24,424 nt of DNA. Source: an archaeon HR04 (GTDB lineage: Archaea > Thermoproteota > Nitrososphaeria > Nitrososphaerales > Nitrosocaldaceae). Made by a program: the position numbers and the translations under genes. The notes under the pieces are model-generated. The model ran no database searches and was not told the origin of the DNA. It worked only from the letters and a program-made list of their open reading frames with translations. Location of the stretch: assembly GCA_002898655.1 (NCBI GenBank), contig BEHG01000006.1, positions 1 to 24,424 of the forward strand, in the 5' to 3' direction. Below are positions 1 through 6,823 of this stretch, piece by piece. Each line of letters starts with the position of its first letter. Position 1 is the first letter of the stretch.

Positions 1-15
1 TGATCAATAAATCGA

Positions 16-489
16 TCACATCAACTTCTTTATCTTAAGAGTCAGTATACCATTCCTGTACCTGAACTCAGCTATCCCCATATCCTCGCTCACATCCAAC
101 GGTATAGATTTGGTGAAGTTCTGCCCTCCGTTTATGTAGAGTATACCATTAACAAGCCTAGCATTAACCTCCTCCTCAGGTCCTGGAACCTCAGCAACGA
201 ATATTATCTCACTCTCTCCCTTGATGAGATCGTACACCCAGTCCTTATGCTGCTCCATCTTATGCATTACAGGTTTAACCTCCTCCACCTTGAATATCCT
301 CCTAAGGTGCATGGTCCAGTATACTATGAACCCAGATGCTGCCATGAGCATTATGAACCCAGCATATCCATTATCTACCCTGGTAAGTATTGCGTACATA
401 GCACCAAAGAAGAGCAATGCTAGCATTACTATTATGAACCCAGCATTCTTATCATATGCTGGGGGTCTGTACTTTGATAATCTATGCAT
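16..489 (-). CDS. Membrane-anchored small heat-shock protein (Hsp20/alpha-crystallin-domain-like)
   Basis: 157-aa ORF. Two N-terminal hydrophobic helices (AGFIIVMLALLFFGAMYAIL, YAGFIMLMAASGFIVYWTM) precede an ACD-like C-terminus (SEIIFVAEVPGPEEEVNARLVNGILYINGG...AEFRYRNGILTLKIKK). TATA-like box about 25 nt upstream of the ATG. Confidence 0.6.
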   Translation of the reverse strand: MHRLSKYRPPAYDKNAGFIIVMLALLFFGAMYAILTRVDNGYAGFIMLMAASGFIVYWTMHLRRIFKVEEVKPVMHKMEQHKDWVYDLIKGESEIIFVAEVPGPEEEVNARLVNGILYINGGQNFTKSIPLDVSEDMGIAEFRYRNGILTLKIKKLM

Positions 490-504
490 GTATTGAACTT
501 ACCT

Positions 505-520
505 TATTATATATAAAAAT
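505..520 (-). promoter_or_regulatory. TATA-like box (minus strand reads ATTTTTATATATAATAA) for the Hsp20-like gene
   Basis: AT-rich TTTATATA-type element centred about 25 nt upstream of the ATG at 489. The same spacing is seen at many first cistrons in this window. Confidence 0.45.
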
Positions 521-615
521 CTTTTACTTGATACATGTTTGAAGAGAACATATGCCATGATCATCTGTTCATGGAAGAGCGCTTATTACCATCAATACAC
601 CCTCCCAGGGTATCG

Positions 616-1569
616 CTACGACTTTCTTCTAAACCACCATAATATAATCCCTGCACCAACAACTAGACCAGTCATACCAACATATGTTATAGTATGTATG
701 ATCATGGTATCCATCTTTGCTGATGAGATGAGAGCCCTATCTATATCACTAACTTCATATACCTCGCCATAGACTATCGTGTTAAACTCAACATTGTTAT
801 CAGGATTGCCTCCTATCTCTTCAAATCTTATAATTATTGGTCCAGGTTCAGAGAATACATAGTATTTGATATCGCTACCCCTCTCAGAGTAGCCAAGGGA
901 TCTGTATATCTCTCTTCCATTCTGGTAGATGACAAAATAGTAGTTGAGGAGATGCTGCTTTATAGTACCACTTATATCGAAGAAGTCATTTATGAACGCT
1001 ATCCTCTCTCCTGTAGTTATAATAGATGGTACCCATGTTATACCAACATGGTACCTCCTGTCAGGTGTTACAGTCATTATAGGGAAGGTAACCCTGTTGC
1101 CATTAGCATCGTGAGGATAATCAGGGATTGGTTGCTCAACGATCACAACCCCGATCATCCATGGATGCACTGCACAAAAGTATGCGAATCTACCAGGCTT
1201 CTCAAACTTGTATGACCAACTCTCCCCTCTACCTATCAAACCACTATCGAATATCCCATCTGGTGCACCTAACCTGCCAGTAACACCTTCATACCTACTA
1301 ACACCCTTCCCACTTGTAATTGTGTGTTGCACCGTATCGTTGTTAACCCATGTTACTGTATCCCCAGCCCTGATCTTGAGATTTGATGGTATATACCATT
1401 CTATAGGTCTAGGGAACTGAGGGTCGAATGATGGATCGCTAGCCCGTTCAGGTATAAGTACTATCTTCTCCTCACCATATACAACTGGTATGGATATTAT
1501 TATTGTTGTTATTATAATTATAATCACAACCATAGGCGAGTATACTGTTATCTTTTGATCATCCATCAC
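616..1569 (-). CDS. Type-1 (blue) copper protein: amicyanin/halocyanin-like cupredoxin domain plus an unknown beta-rich C-terminal domain, with N- and C-terminal TM segments
   Basis: 317-aa ORF with an N-terminal hydrophobic anchor (VVIIIIITTIIISIPVV). T1-Cu ligand pattern: His in VQHTITSG and C-x2-H-x2-M in YFCAVHPWM. C-terminal TM plus basic tail (LVVGAGIILWWFRRKS). GTG at 1569; the ATG at 1566 is more likely, with a TATA-like TAATAAATAT at 1589-1598. Confidence 0.75.
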   Translation of the reverse strand: MMDDQKITVYSPMVVIIIIITTIIISIPVVYGEEKIVLIPERASDPSFDPQFPRPIEWYIPSNLKIRAGDTVTWVNNDTVQHTITSGKGVSRYEGVTGRLGAPDGIFDSGLIGRGESWSYKFEKPGRFAYFCAVHPWMIGVVIVEQPIPDYPHDANGNRVTFPIMTVTPDRRYHVGITWVPSIITTGERIAFINDFFDISGTIKQHLLNYYFVIYQNGREIYRSLGYSERGSDIKYYVFSEPGPIIIRFEEIGGNPDNNVEFNTIVYGEVYEVSDIDRALISSAKMDTMIIHTITYVGMTGLVVGAGIILWWFRRKS

Positions 1570-1764
1570 CTTTTTATTCGGGAGGATCTAATAAATATCT
1601 TGTGCACGCTCATATAATTTATAAGAATTGTCCATATTAGCATACATGATTTATAGATATAAGATCGAAGATATGCTCTCTACCCAATCTTTGTGATAGA
1701 ATCAATAGTTCTAACATGCACATCTAGCATGATGTTATATATCCCCTCTCCATAATCAGCCTAT

Positions 1765-1965
1765 ATGGGCAAGATTTCAAGGTTCGGGATATATGCAAAG
1801 GGTACCATAGTTGCATTGGTGATGGGTATACCTGCTGTAGCATCGTTCGTGCTAACATGGAGGGTTACTAGCAACACGCTTACAGCAGTTATAGTTAGTA
1901 TAGTGGTATACCTTATAGCCATGGGGTTTGCATTCAAGATAGCAAAGAGACTTGCCAAAGAATAA
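1765..1965 (+). CDS. Small two-TM membrane protein, unknown function
   Basis: 66-aa ORF with two clear hydrophobic helices flanked by basic residues (…KIAKRLAKE). TTATATAT at 1735-1742 is centred about 26 nt upstream of the ATG. The coding strand is purine-rich, unlike the overlapping antisense ORF. Confidence 0.45.
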   Translation: MGKISRFGIYAKGTIVALVMGIPAVASFVLTWRVTSNTLTAVIVSIVVYLIAMGFAFKIAKRLAKE

Positions 1966-1999
1966 ATAATCTCATCCATCTATCATCAATAATCGATCC

Positions 2000-2026
2000 A
2001 TCTACCTACCTATCTATCTATCTACC
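2000..2026 (-). repeat. TAG-rich GGTAGATA-type tetranucleotide tract containing the ubiX stop codon
   Basis: Minus strand reads GGTAGATAGATAGATAGGTAGGTAGAT. The ubiX stop (TAG, 2018-2020) and its last two codons (GGT AGA) lie inside the tract. Confidence 0.8.
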
Positions 2027-2575
2027 TTCCCATCTCTTGAAGAGGTTATGCTCTATCCCAAACTGGTCCAGTACCTTCCCTACTATATGGTTTATCAGAT
2101 CATCTATGCTCTTTGGTCTATGGTAGAACCCAGGCATGGCAGGGAGTATTATTACTCCTATCCTAGCAAGTTTGAGCATATGCTCAATATGCACTGCTGT
2201 AAGAGGGGTCTCTCTAGGCACTAGCACTAACCTTCTAGACTCCTTCATTGCTACCATGGCTGCCCTTGCTATAAGGGTATCATCCAAGCCTAGTGCTATA
2301 CTTGCTAGAGTCTTCATGCTGCATGGTATGATTACAGTACCATCAAGCTTGAATGATCCACTCGATGGTTTTGCTGCTAGATCCTCATTGCTGTATGTGT
2401 GATCTGCTAGAGCCTTAACCTTCTCAACACTGAGATCTGTCTCAAGCCTTATGCACTCCTCAGCCCATCTACTGATTATAAGATGGGTCTCAACGTTAAG
2501 AGCCTTCAATGCCTCAAGCAGCCTTATCCCATATATTACGCCAGAACCTCCACTCATGCATATGAGTATGCGCAT
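2018..2575 (-). CDS. ubiX: Flavin prenyltransferase UbiX/Pad1 family
   Basis: 185-aa ORF. N-terminal MRILICMSGGSGVIYGIRLLEAL flavoprotein fold, PCSMKTLASIA block, and length and layout typical of UbiX. Confidence 0.9.
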   Translation of the reverse strand: MRILICMSGGSGVIYGIRLLEALKALNVETHLIISRWAEECIRLETDLSVEKVKALADHTYSNEDLAAKPSSGSFKLDGTVIIPCSMKTLASIALGLDDTLIARAAMVAMKESRRLVLVPRETPLTAVHIEHMLKLARIGVIILPAMPGFYHRPKSIDDLINHIVGKVLDQFGIEHNLFKRWEGR

Positions 2576-2663
2576 GCATATACTCTACATATTCCTGCTT
2601 TATTCATTTGCTCTTTCTTAGGTTAACCTTTATAATCCAAACCATGTAAACATTGGTGGTTAG

Positions 2664-2713
2664 ATATGTATGTATGTATGGTTGGTTGGAGGATGGATGG
2701 ATGAATGGATATG
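2664..2713 (+). repeat. ATG-rich tetranucleotide microsatellite-like tract, (TATG)n(GTTG)2(GATG)n
   Basis: ATATGTATGTATGTATGGTTGGTTGGAGGATGGATGGATGAATGGATATGG. About 9 ATGs across all three frames, directly upstream of and running into the start of the wHTH ORF. Confidence 0.8.
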
Positions 2714-3061
2714 GTATCTATGGAGCAGGTAGAGAATGATATGGCTAGGGAGTTGATGGTTAGCATGGATGTGATCAAGGTATATATGCTGCTCATAAGG
2801 AAGGGTATGCTTAATGCTAGGGAGATTGCAGATGAGTTGAAGATTGATATTAGCAAGGTCAAGGATGCACTATCCAACCTTTTGAGGGATGGAGCATGCA
2901 TAGAGATCGATGGGAGGTATGAGGCACTTAACCCTAGATTTGCAGTAACAAACATGTACAGGATGCTATGCTTAAGGATGAATAGAGAGGTTAAGAGGAA
3001 TGAGAGGATAGATGGTATAGCAAGCATACTTGAGAGGATGTATGATGATGCAAGGAGGTGA
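2705..3061 (+). CDS. TrmB-like winged-helix (wHTH) putative transcription regulator
   Basis: 118-aa ORF. The N-terminal pattern VIKVYMLLIRKGMLNAREIADELKIDISKVKDALSNLLRDGACI matches the TrmB/MarR-type wHTH layout. GGAGGAT at 2688-2694 lies 10 nt before the ATG. Alternative ATGs at 2711 and 2720. Confidence 0.6.
   Translation: MDMVSMEQVENDMARELMVSMDVIKVYMLLIRKGMLNAREIADELKIDISKVKDALSNLLRDGACIEIDGRYEALNPRFAVTNMYRMLCLRMNREVKRNERIDGIASILERMYDDARR
3054..3061 (+). promoter_or_regulatory. Shine-Dalgarno GGAGGTGA embedded in the stop region of the upstream cistron
   Basis: GGAGGTGA contains the TGA stop of the wHTH ORF and lies 5 nt upstream of the ATG at 3067. Confidence 0.6.
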
Positions 3062-3066
3062 TCATT

Positions 3067-3453
3067 ATGATGAATGCTCAATGTATGCATAGCAATGTAT
3101 ACTATGGTGTGGTTAACATAAAGCATAGGAACAGGATAATTGGGGCAATAGATGTGTGGAGATGTGTAAAGTGCAAGAGATTATTCGCTGAGGAGAAGAG
3201 GCTAGGCATACTAGACATATCATCAGAGATAGGGATGCCAAGTATAAGTGATGATGAGTCATGGTTCCTCTTAACATGCAAGTTGAGATCAGAATGGGCA
3301 TTGGTGAAGGTGAATAATAGTGGCTCTTCAACAATAGAGCATGAGTGTATAGACGGTAAGGTGAAGTTACAAGTAAGGGATTTCAAGATAGATGGTGATC
3401 ATAAACTCTTTGCTATAAACGATCTTATAAATAAGGAGGTTGAGCTTGAATGA
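3067..3453 (+). CDS. Hypothetical protein with a possible C-x-H...C-x2-C metal site
   Basis: The ORF track gives a GTG start at 3058. ATG at 3067/3070 is preferred because of the SD 5-8 nt upstream. No family recognised. Contains CMH...WRCVKCKRLF. Coupled to both flanking cistrons. Confidence 0.5.
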   Translation: MMNAQCMHSNVYYGVVNIKHRNRIIGAIDVWRCVKCKRLFAEEKRLGILDISSEIGMPSISDDESWFLLTCKLRSEWALVKVNNSGSSTIEHECIDGKVKLQVRDFKIDGDHKLFAINDLINKEVELE

Positions 3454-3821
3454 ATGTTGCTTATGATGATAACAATAATAGTGTTAATATCAGTAATGAG
3501 AGAAGAAGGGATGGGAGAGTAACAGATGATAGGGAGGGGTATGATAGATATGATGATCTTAAGGTTTATGTTACAAGTGTAGATGCAAGTGATATAACAA
3601 GTAGGTTGAATGGCTACTTCACACTTGATGGTGCTAAGATAAGGTTTCAAGGCATAGCATTTGGGAGGATAGGAGGCCATAACATACACGTTAAGATAAG
3701 CAAGAGAGCAGAAGCGATGCTGAAGAGGATGGGTTATGATCCAGAGCATGTATTGGTTGCAGTGCAGGTGAAGATTGTTGAAGGAGATATAACGATAGAG
3801 GTGCATGAGAAGAAAGAGTAA
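3450..3821 (+). CDS. Hypothetical protein with a D/N/R-rich disordered N-terminus and a beta-rich C-terminus
   Basis: 123-aa ORF. ATGA start/stop overlap with the upstream ORF, and GGAGGT at 3435-3440 lies 9 nt upstream. No family recognised. The C-terminal HVKISKRAEAMLKRMGYDPEHVLVAVQVKIVEGDITIEV faintly resembles AbrB/SpoVT-type swapped hairpins; this is a very weak similarity. Confidence 0.5.
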   Translation: MNVAYDDNNNSVNISNERRRDGRVTDDREGYDRYDDLKVYVTSVDASDITSRLNGYFTLDGAKIRFQGIAFGRIGGHNIHVKISKRAEAMLKRMGYDPEHVLVAVQVKIVEGDITIEVHEKKE

Positions 3822-3873
3822 TCCAGTAACTAGCATAGATATATTTTATAGCTTCTAGCCTTTACTCGAGGCG

Positions 3874-4088
3874 ATGAGTATAAAAATAATAGGCAGAATA
3901 GTTGGTCCACTGTTATTCCTTCTCATTCTTTTAGCCCAACACCTACTAGCTTAAGATAGTATTAGCAATAGCATCATGGATGATAGTATGGTGGATAAGT
4001 GAGGCTATCTGTCTATGCTACAGCATTATTACCATTGGCAATATTGCTTTATAGATATGGAGTTGTACAGCAAGATGGAAAGGGATAG
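3874..4088 (+). pseudogene. Decayed N-terminal remnant of a DASS/SLC13-like (ArsB/NhaD-superfamily) anion permease
   Basis: ATATTTTATA at 3841-3850 is centred about 28 nt before the ATG at 3874. Three consecutive frames read MSIKIIGRIVGPLLFLLILLAQHLLA*, then VLAIASWMIVWWISEAI, then VYATALLPLAILLYRYGVVQQDGKG*. Joined, these match the TM1/TM2 signature of DASS permeases (WWxxEAIP...TALLP). Two frameshifts are needed, and the remaining ~400 codons are absent. Confidence 0.55.
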
Positions 4089-4311
4089 AGATAGTAATGA
4101 CATTCCTCCTAGTATAAAGGAGATATATAAAGATCTAATAGAGAATCATGGTGCTGAGATATTAGCAGTATACAAGATAAGTAGAAGGGAGCTGGATACA
4201 CCTTACCTTCTCAAGAATGCAGACTTTTCAAGGCGAACAATCAAAGATCTTATAAGACAAGGAGAGGAGTTGGCATATCAGCAACTGCAGAATGTTGTAA
4301 CATCAAAATAG
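4057..4311 (+). CDS. Small hypothetical protein or gene fragment
   Basis: The ORF track starts at 4015, but that N-terminus overlaps the permease remnant in another frame. ATGs at 4057 and 4075 are more plausible; CTTTATAGAT lies about 25 nt before 4075. The C-terminal KNADFSRRTIKDLIRQGEELA weakly recalls the C-terminal region of patatin-like phospholipases, which is a low-confidence impression. Confidence 0.3.
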   Translation: MELYSKMERDRDSNDIPPSIKEIYKDLIENHGAEILAVYKISRRELDTPYLLKNADFSRRTIKDLIRQGEELAYQQLQNVVTSK

Positions 4312-4325
4312 CAATAGTTGATGAT

Positions 4326-5144
4326 TCAGATCTTTGCATCCTCTAGAGCATCTTTGCATGCACAGTTCCTCTCATCTGGTATCTTAGGTATAACCTCTCT
4401 TAGCAGTCTCTTCACATTTGAAGAGTTCTTCCTCAACGTCTCTATAACCTCCTGTGTACTTACTGGCTTCTCAGCCCATACATCATAATCTGTTACAGTT
4501 GCTATGCTAACATAGCATATCTCCATCTCTCTAGCAAGGATACATTCAGGCACTAACGTCATCCCTATTATATCTGCCTTCATCATATCCCTGAAGAATC
4601 TTGACTCTGCTCTAGTTGAGTACCTAGGTCCTTCAATGCATACATAGGTGCCTTGCTCATGAACTTTTAGGTTTAGGTTCTTGCACTCCCCTATTACTAT
4701 ACTCCTAAGTTCAGGGCAGAATGGATCTGCTAGAGAGACATGGCATACCTCTCCACCATCGTAGAATGTGTACTCCCTCCTCTTTGTAAAGTCTATGAAC
4801 TGATCTGCTATAACTATATCCCCAGGCCTTACATCATCCCTCAGACTCCCAACTGCTGCTGGGGCAATTATCCTCTTCACACCTAGATGCTTCAGTGCCC
4901 ATATGTTTGCTCTAGCAGGTATTCTATGAGGGGGTATCCTATGCTCTCTGCCATGCCTAGGGAGGAAGGCTACGCTCTTGCCTGAGTACTTGCCTACAGT
5001 GATTAGGTCTGATGTATCGCCATATGGGGTATAAACCTTAACCTCTCTAGCATCCTCAAGCATCTCAACATCATAGACACCAGTGCCTCCAATGATTGCT
5101 ACCTCAGCATGTGCATCCTTAATACTGCTACTACTACTCATCAT
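4326..5144 (-). CDS. mtnP: S-methyl-5'-thioadenosine phosphorylase (MTAP)
   Basis: 272-aa ORF with [38 protein letters not shown] and GMTLVPE blocks. C-terminal C-A-C (CXC) motif. The start overlaps the apt stop by 11 nt. Confidence 0.9.
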   Translation of the reverse strand: MMSSSSSIKDAHAEVAIIGGTGVYDVEMLEDAREVKVYTPYGDTSDLITVGKYSGKSVAFLPRHGREHRIPPHRIPARANIWALKHLGVKRIIAPAAVGSLRDDVRPGDIVIADQFIDFTKRREYTFYDGGEVCHVSLADPFCPELRSIVIGECKNLNLKVHEQGTYVCIEGPRYSTRAESRFFRDMMKADIIGMTLVPECILAREMEICYVSIATVTDYDVWAEKPVSTQEVIETLRKNSSNVKRLLREVIPKIPDERNCACKDALEDAKI

Positions 5145-5652
5145 ACACCACCAATGAGCATATATCGTAACCTTTGAGCAGCTCTCTACCCCTCAACCTT
5201 GCCAACTCTACTATGAATGCAAATCCAGCAACCTCTGCACCCAAGCCTTCTACAAGCCTTGCAGCAGCAACAGCAGTACCTCCAGTTGCTATTAGATCAT
5301 CTGCTATAAGCACTCTATCCCCAGGGGATATAGCATCCTCCTGTATCTCCATAGTTGCCTTGCCATACTCTATAGTGTAGTCTATACTCCTAGTCCTTCC
5401 TGGTAGTTTACCCTGCTTCCTTATCATAACCATGCCGCAACCAAACCTCATTGCTAGAGCAGTTGCAACTATGAACCCTCTAGACTCTATTCCTGCTATA
5501 GTGTTGATCTTCTTATGCTTAAAGTGTTCATAGAACATCTCTACTATGTAGTTCATAGTAGCAGCGCTCTTCAACAATGGGCTTATATCCCTAAAGAGTA
5601 CACCCTTCTTTGGAAAGTCTGGGAACTCCATTATCATAGCCTTGAGGTTCAT
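5134..5652 (-). CDS. apt: Adenine phosphoribosyltransferase
   Basis: 172-aa ORF with PRPP-binding loop [13 protein letters not shown] and IAGIESRGF block. TTATTTAA (minus strand) is centred about 25 nt upstream of the ATG. Confidence 0.9.
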   Translation of the reverse strand: MNLKAMIMEFPDFPKKGVLFRDISPLLKSAATMNYIVEMFYEHFKHKKINTIAGIESRGFIVATALAMRFGCGMVMIRKQGKLPGRTRSIDYTIEYGKATMEIQEDAISPGDRVLIADDLIATGGTAVAAARLVEGLGAEVAGFAFIVELARLRGRELLKGYDICSLVVYDE

Positions 5653-5717
5653 GCGCCTTACTACTAACGTAGGTTAAATAACCTTTTCCAAACCCTGCAC
5701 TTAATCAATGGTGCAGG

Positions 5718-5802
5718 TGCGGGGGGTGGGATTTGAACCCACGAACCCCTACGGGACGAGGTTCTAAGCCTCGCGCCTTTGACCAGGCTAGGCAACCCCC
5801 GC
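5718..5802 (-). tRNA. tRNA-Leu (anticodon UAG), class II with long variable arm, no intron, no encoded CCA
   Basis: Hand-folded: GCGGGGG/CCCCCGC acceptor, GCCU/AGGC D-stem, CGAGG-CUUAGAA-CCUCG anticodon arm, 14-nt variable arm, GUGGG-UUCAAAU-CCCAC T-arm, discriminator A. Confidence 0.9.
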
Positions 5803-6003
5803 AGCGTTGAATCTTCTACTTGAGAGGTATTTTTGTTTATGCTTATTTGCCATTATCTTATAAAGTTAGATGTAAATGAATGCTTGATGTGCTAGATGCT
5901 GTATGCACATATAGCAGTGTATATACTACACAACTTACAATACAATCTGATAATGATCTTACATACATCAAAATAATTCTATCAACATCAATACAACAAA
6001 TCC

Positions 6004-6759
6004 TTATGCTATACTTAACCCACCATCAACTATGAGCATGGTTCCAGTTACCCATCTTGCACTATCAGATGCAAGATACAGTATTGCATTTGCAACATCC
6101 TCAGGTTCACCTATGCTACCTAATGGCTGTAACTTACTTAACTCCTCCCTAGCCTCTGCATCCTCAAGGTAAGGTTCTAGGAACTTGCTCCTAACCGTAC
6201 CAGGGCATATACAGTTGCACCTTATGTTGTACTTAGCATACTCTAAAGCAATGCTCTTTGTAAACATTATTATCCCTGCCTTCACTGCATTGTATACTGA
6301 GAGAGGTATTCTATACGCCTTTATCCCAGCAACGCTAGAGATGTTTATTATACAGCCATTCTTCTGGTTAATCATGATTGGAAGCACTGCCCTAGTCATC
6401 CTTAACGTACTGATGAGGTTTATGTTTATGAGCATATCCCAATCCTCATCGTGCATCATATGGAATGGTGTTGGATCGTTTATGTAACCAACGTTATTCA
6501 CAAGCACATCTATCCTATCATACTTCTTCAGTACAGTATTCACTGCTGCCTGAACATCCTTCTCATCGGTTACATCAGCCTTTATGGGTAGCGTATCACC
6601 ATCTATGCTGGATGCTACACTCCTAAGTCTCTCAAAGTCCCTAGCAAGCATGGCAACCTTTGCCCCATTCTTTGCAAATACCCTAGCAGTTGCCTCCCCT
6701 ATACCCCTACTTGCACCGGTCACCACTGCAATCTTATCCTTTATCATACGGTTACTCAT
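6004..6759 (-). CDS. Short-chain dehydrogenase/reductase (FabG-like classical SDR)
   Basis: 251-aa ORF with TGASRGIG, NNVG and S...YNAVK catalytic motifs. The alternative start at 6747 (MIKDKIAVVTG) fits the TATA at 6771-6780, about 28 nt upstream, better. Confidence 0.85.
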   Translation of the reverse strand: MSNRMIKDKIAVVTGASRGIGEATARVFAKNGAKVAMLARDFERLRSVASSIDGDTLPIKADVTDEKDVQAAVNTVLKKYDRIDVLVNNVGYINDPTPFHMMHDEDWDMLININLISTLRMTRAVLPIMINQKNGCIINISSVAGIKAYRIPLSVYNAVKAGIIMFTKSIALEYAKYNIRCNCICPGTVRSKFLEPYLEDAEAREELSKLQPLGSIGEPEDVANAILYLASDSARWVTGTMLIVDGGLSIA

Positions 6760-6806
6760 TCAAACCAACCAATTATATAAAGAGTTTGTTACCTGCTTAA
6801 TCTGAA

Positions 6807-6823
6807 GCATGTGATTCACATGC
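6807..6823. promoter_or_regulatory. Perfect 17-bp palindrome GCATGTGA-T-TCACATGC, a candidate operator
   Basis: 8-bp perfect inverted arms around one central base, about 30 bp beyond the SDR TATA box, inside a 350-bp ORF-free intergenic region. Confidence 0.3.

Noticed and set aside
539-772. 77-aa plus-strand ORF spanning the Hsp20-cupredoxin gap and the cupredoxin 3' end
   Set aside because: Most of it is antisense to the cupredoxin C-terminal TM region. It has no start signals and a shadow-type composition.
1761-1979. 72-aa minus-strand ORF overlapping the 66-aa plus-strand small membrane ORF
   Set aside because: The plus-strand product has two clean TM helices with positive-inside flanks, a TATA box about 26 nt upstream and a purine-rich sense strand. 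The minus-strand product is Thr/Ile/Asn-rich with no start-site signals. One of the two must be spurious.
1998-2030. GGTAGATA-type tracts (also at 9593, 10111 and 21482) as CRISPR repeats, transposon ends or att sites
   Set aside because: They are 12-27 nt simple tetranucleotide tracts without spacers, terminal inverted repeats or flanking mobility genes. Their consistent placement on stop codons suggests a translation or sequence-slippage explanation instead.
2623-3126. 167-aa minus-strand ORF opposite the wHTH gene and its upstream tract
   Set aside because: Its composition is low-complexity Ser/Leu/Ile shadow sequence. It spans the ATG-rich microsatellite and the ubiX/wHTH promoter region, and has no recognisable domain.
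5803-6003. Possible box C/D sRNA or other ncRNA in the 200-bp gap between tRNA-Leu and the SDR gene
   Set aside because: Only degenerate C-like boxes (TTGATGT) and a single CTGA (5947) at roughly sRNA spacing were found. There are no matching C'/D' boxes or terminal stem on either strand, which is not enough to call.
5718-6003. tRNA-Leu as an integration site for a mobile element
   Set aside because: No integrase was found, I could see no partial tRNA duplicate (att) nearby, and the flanking genes are housekeeping.
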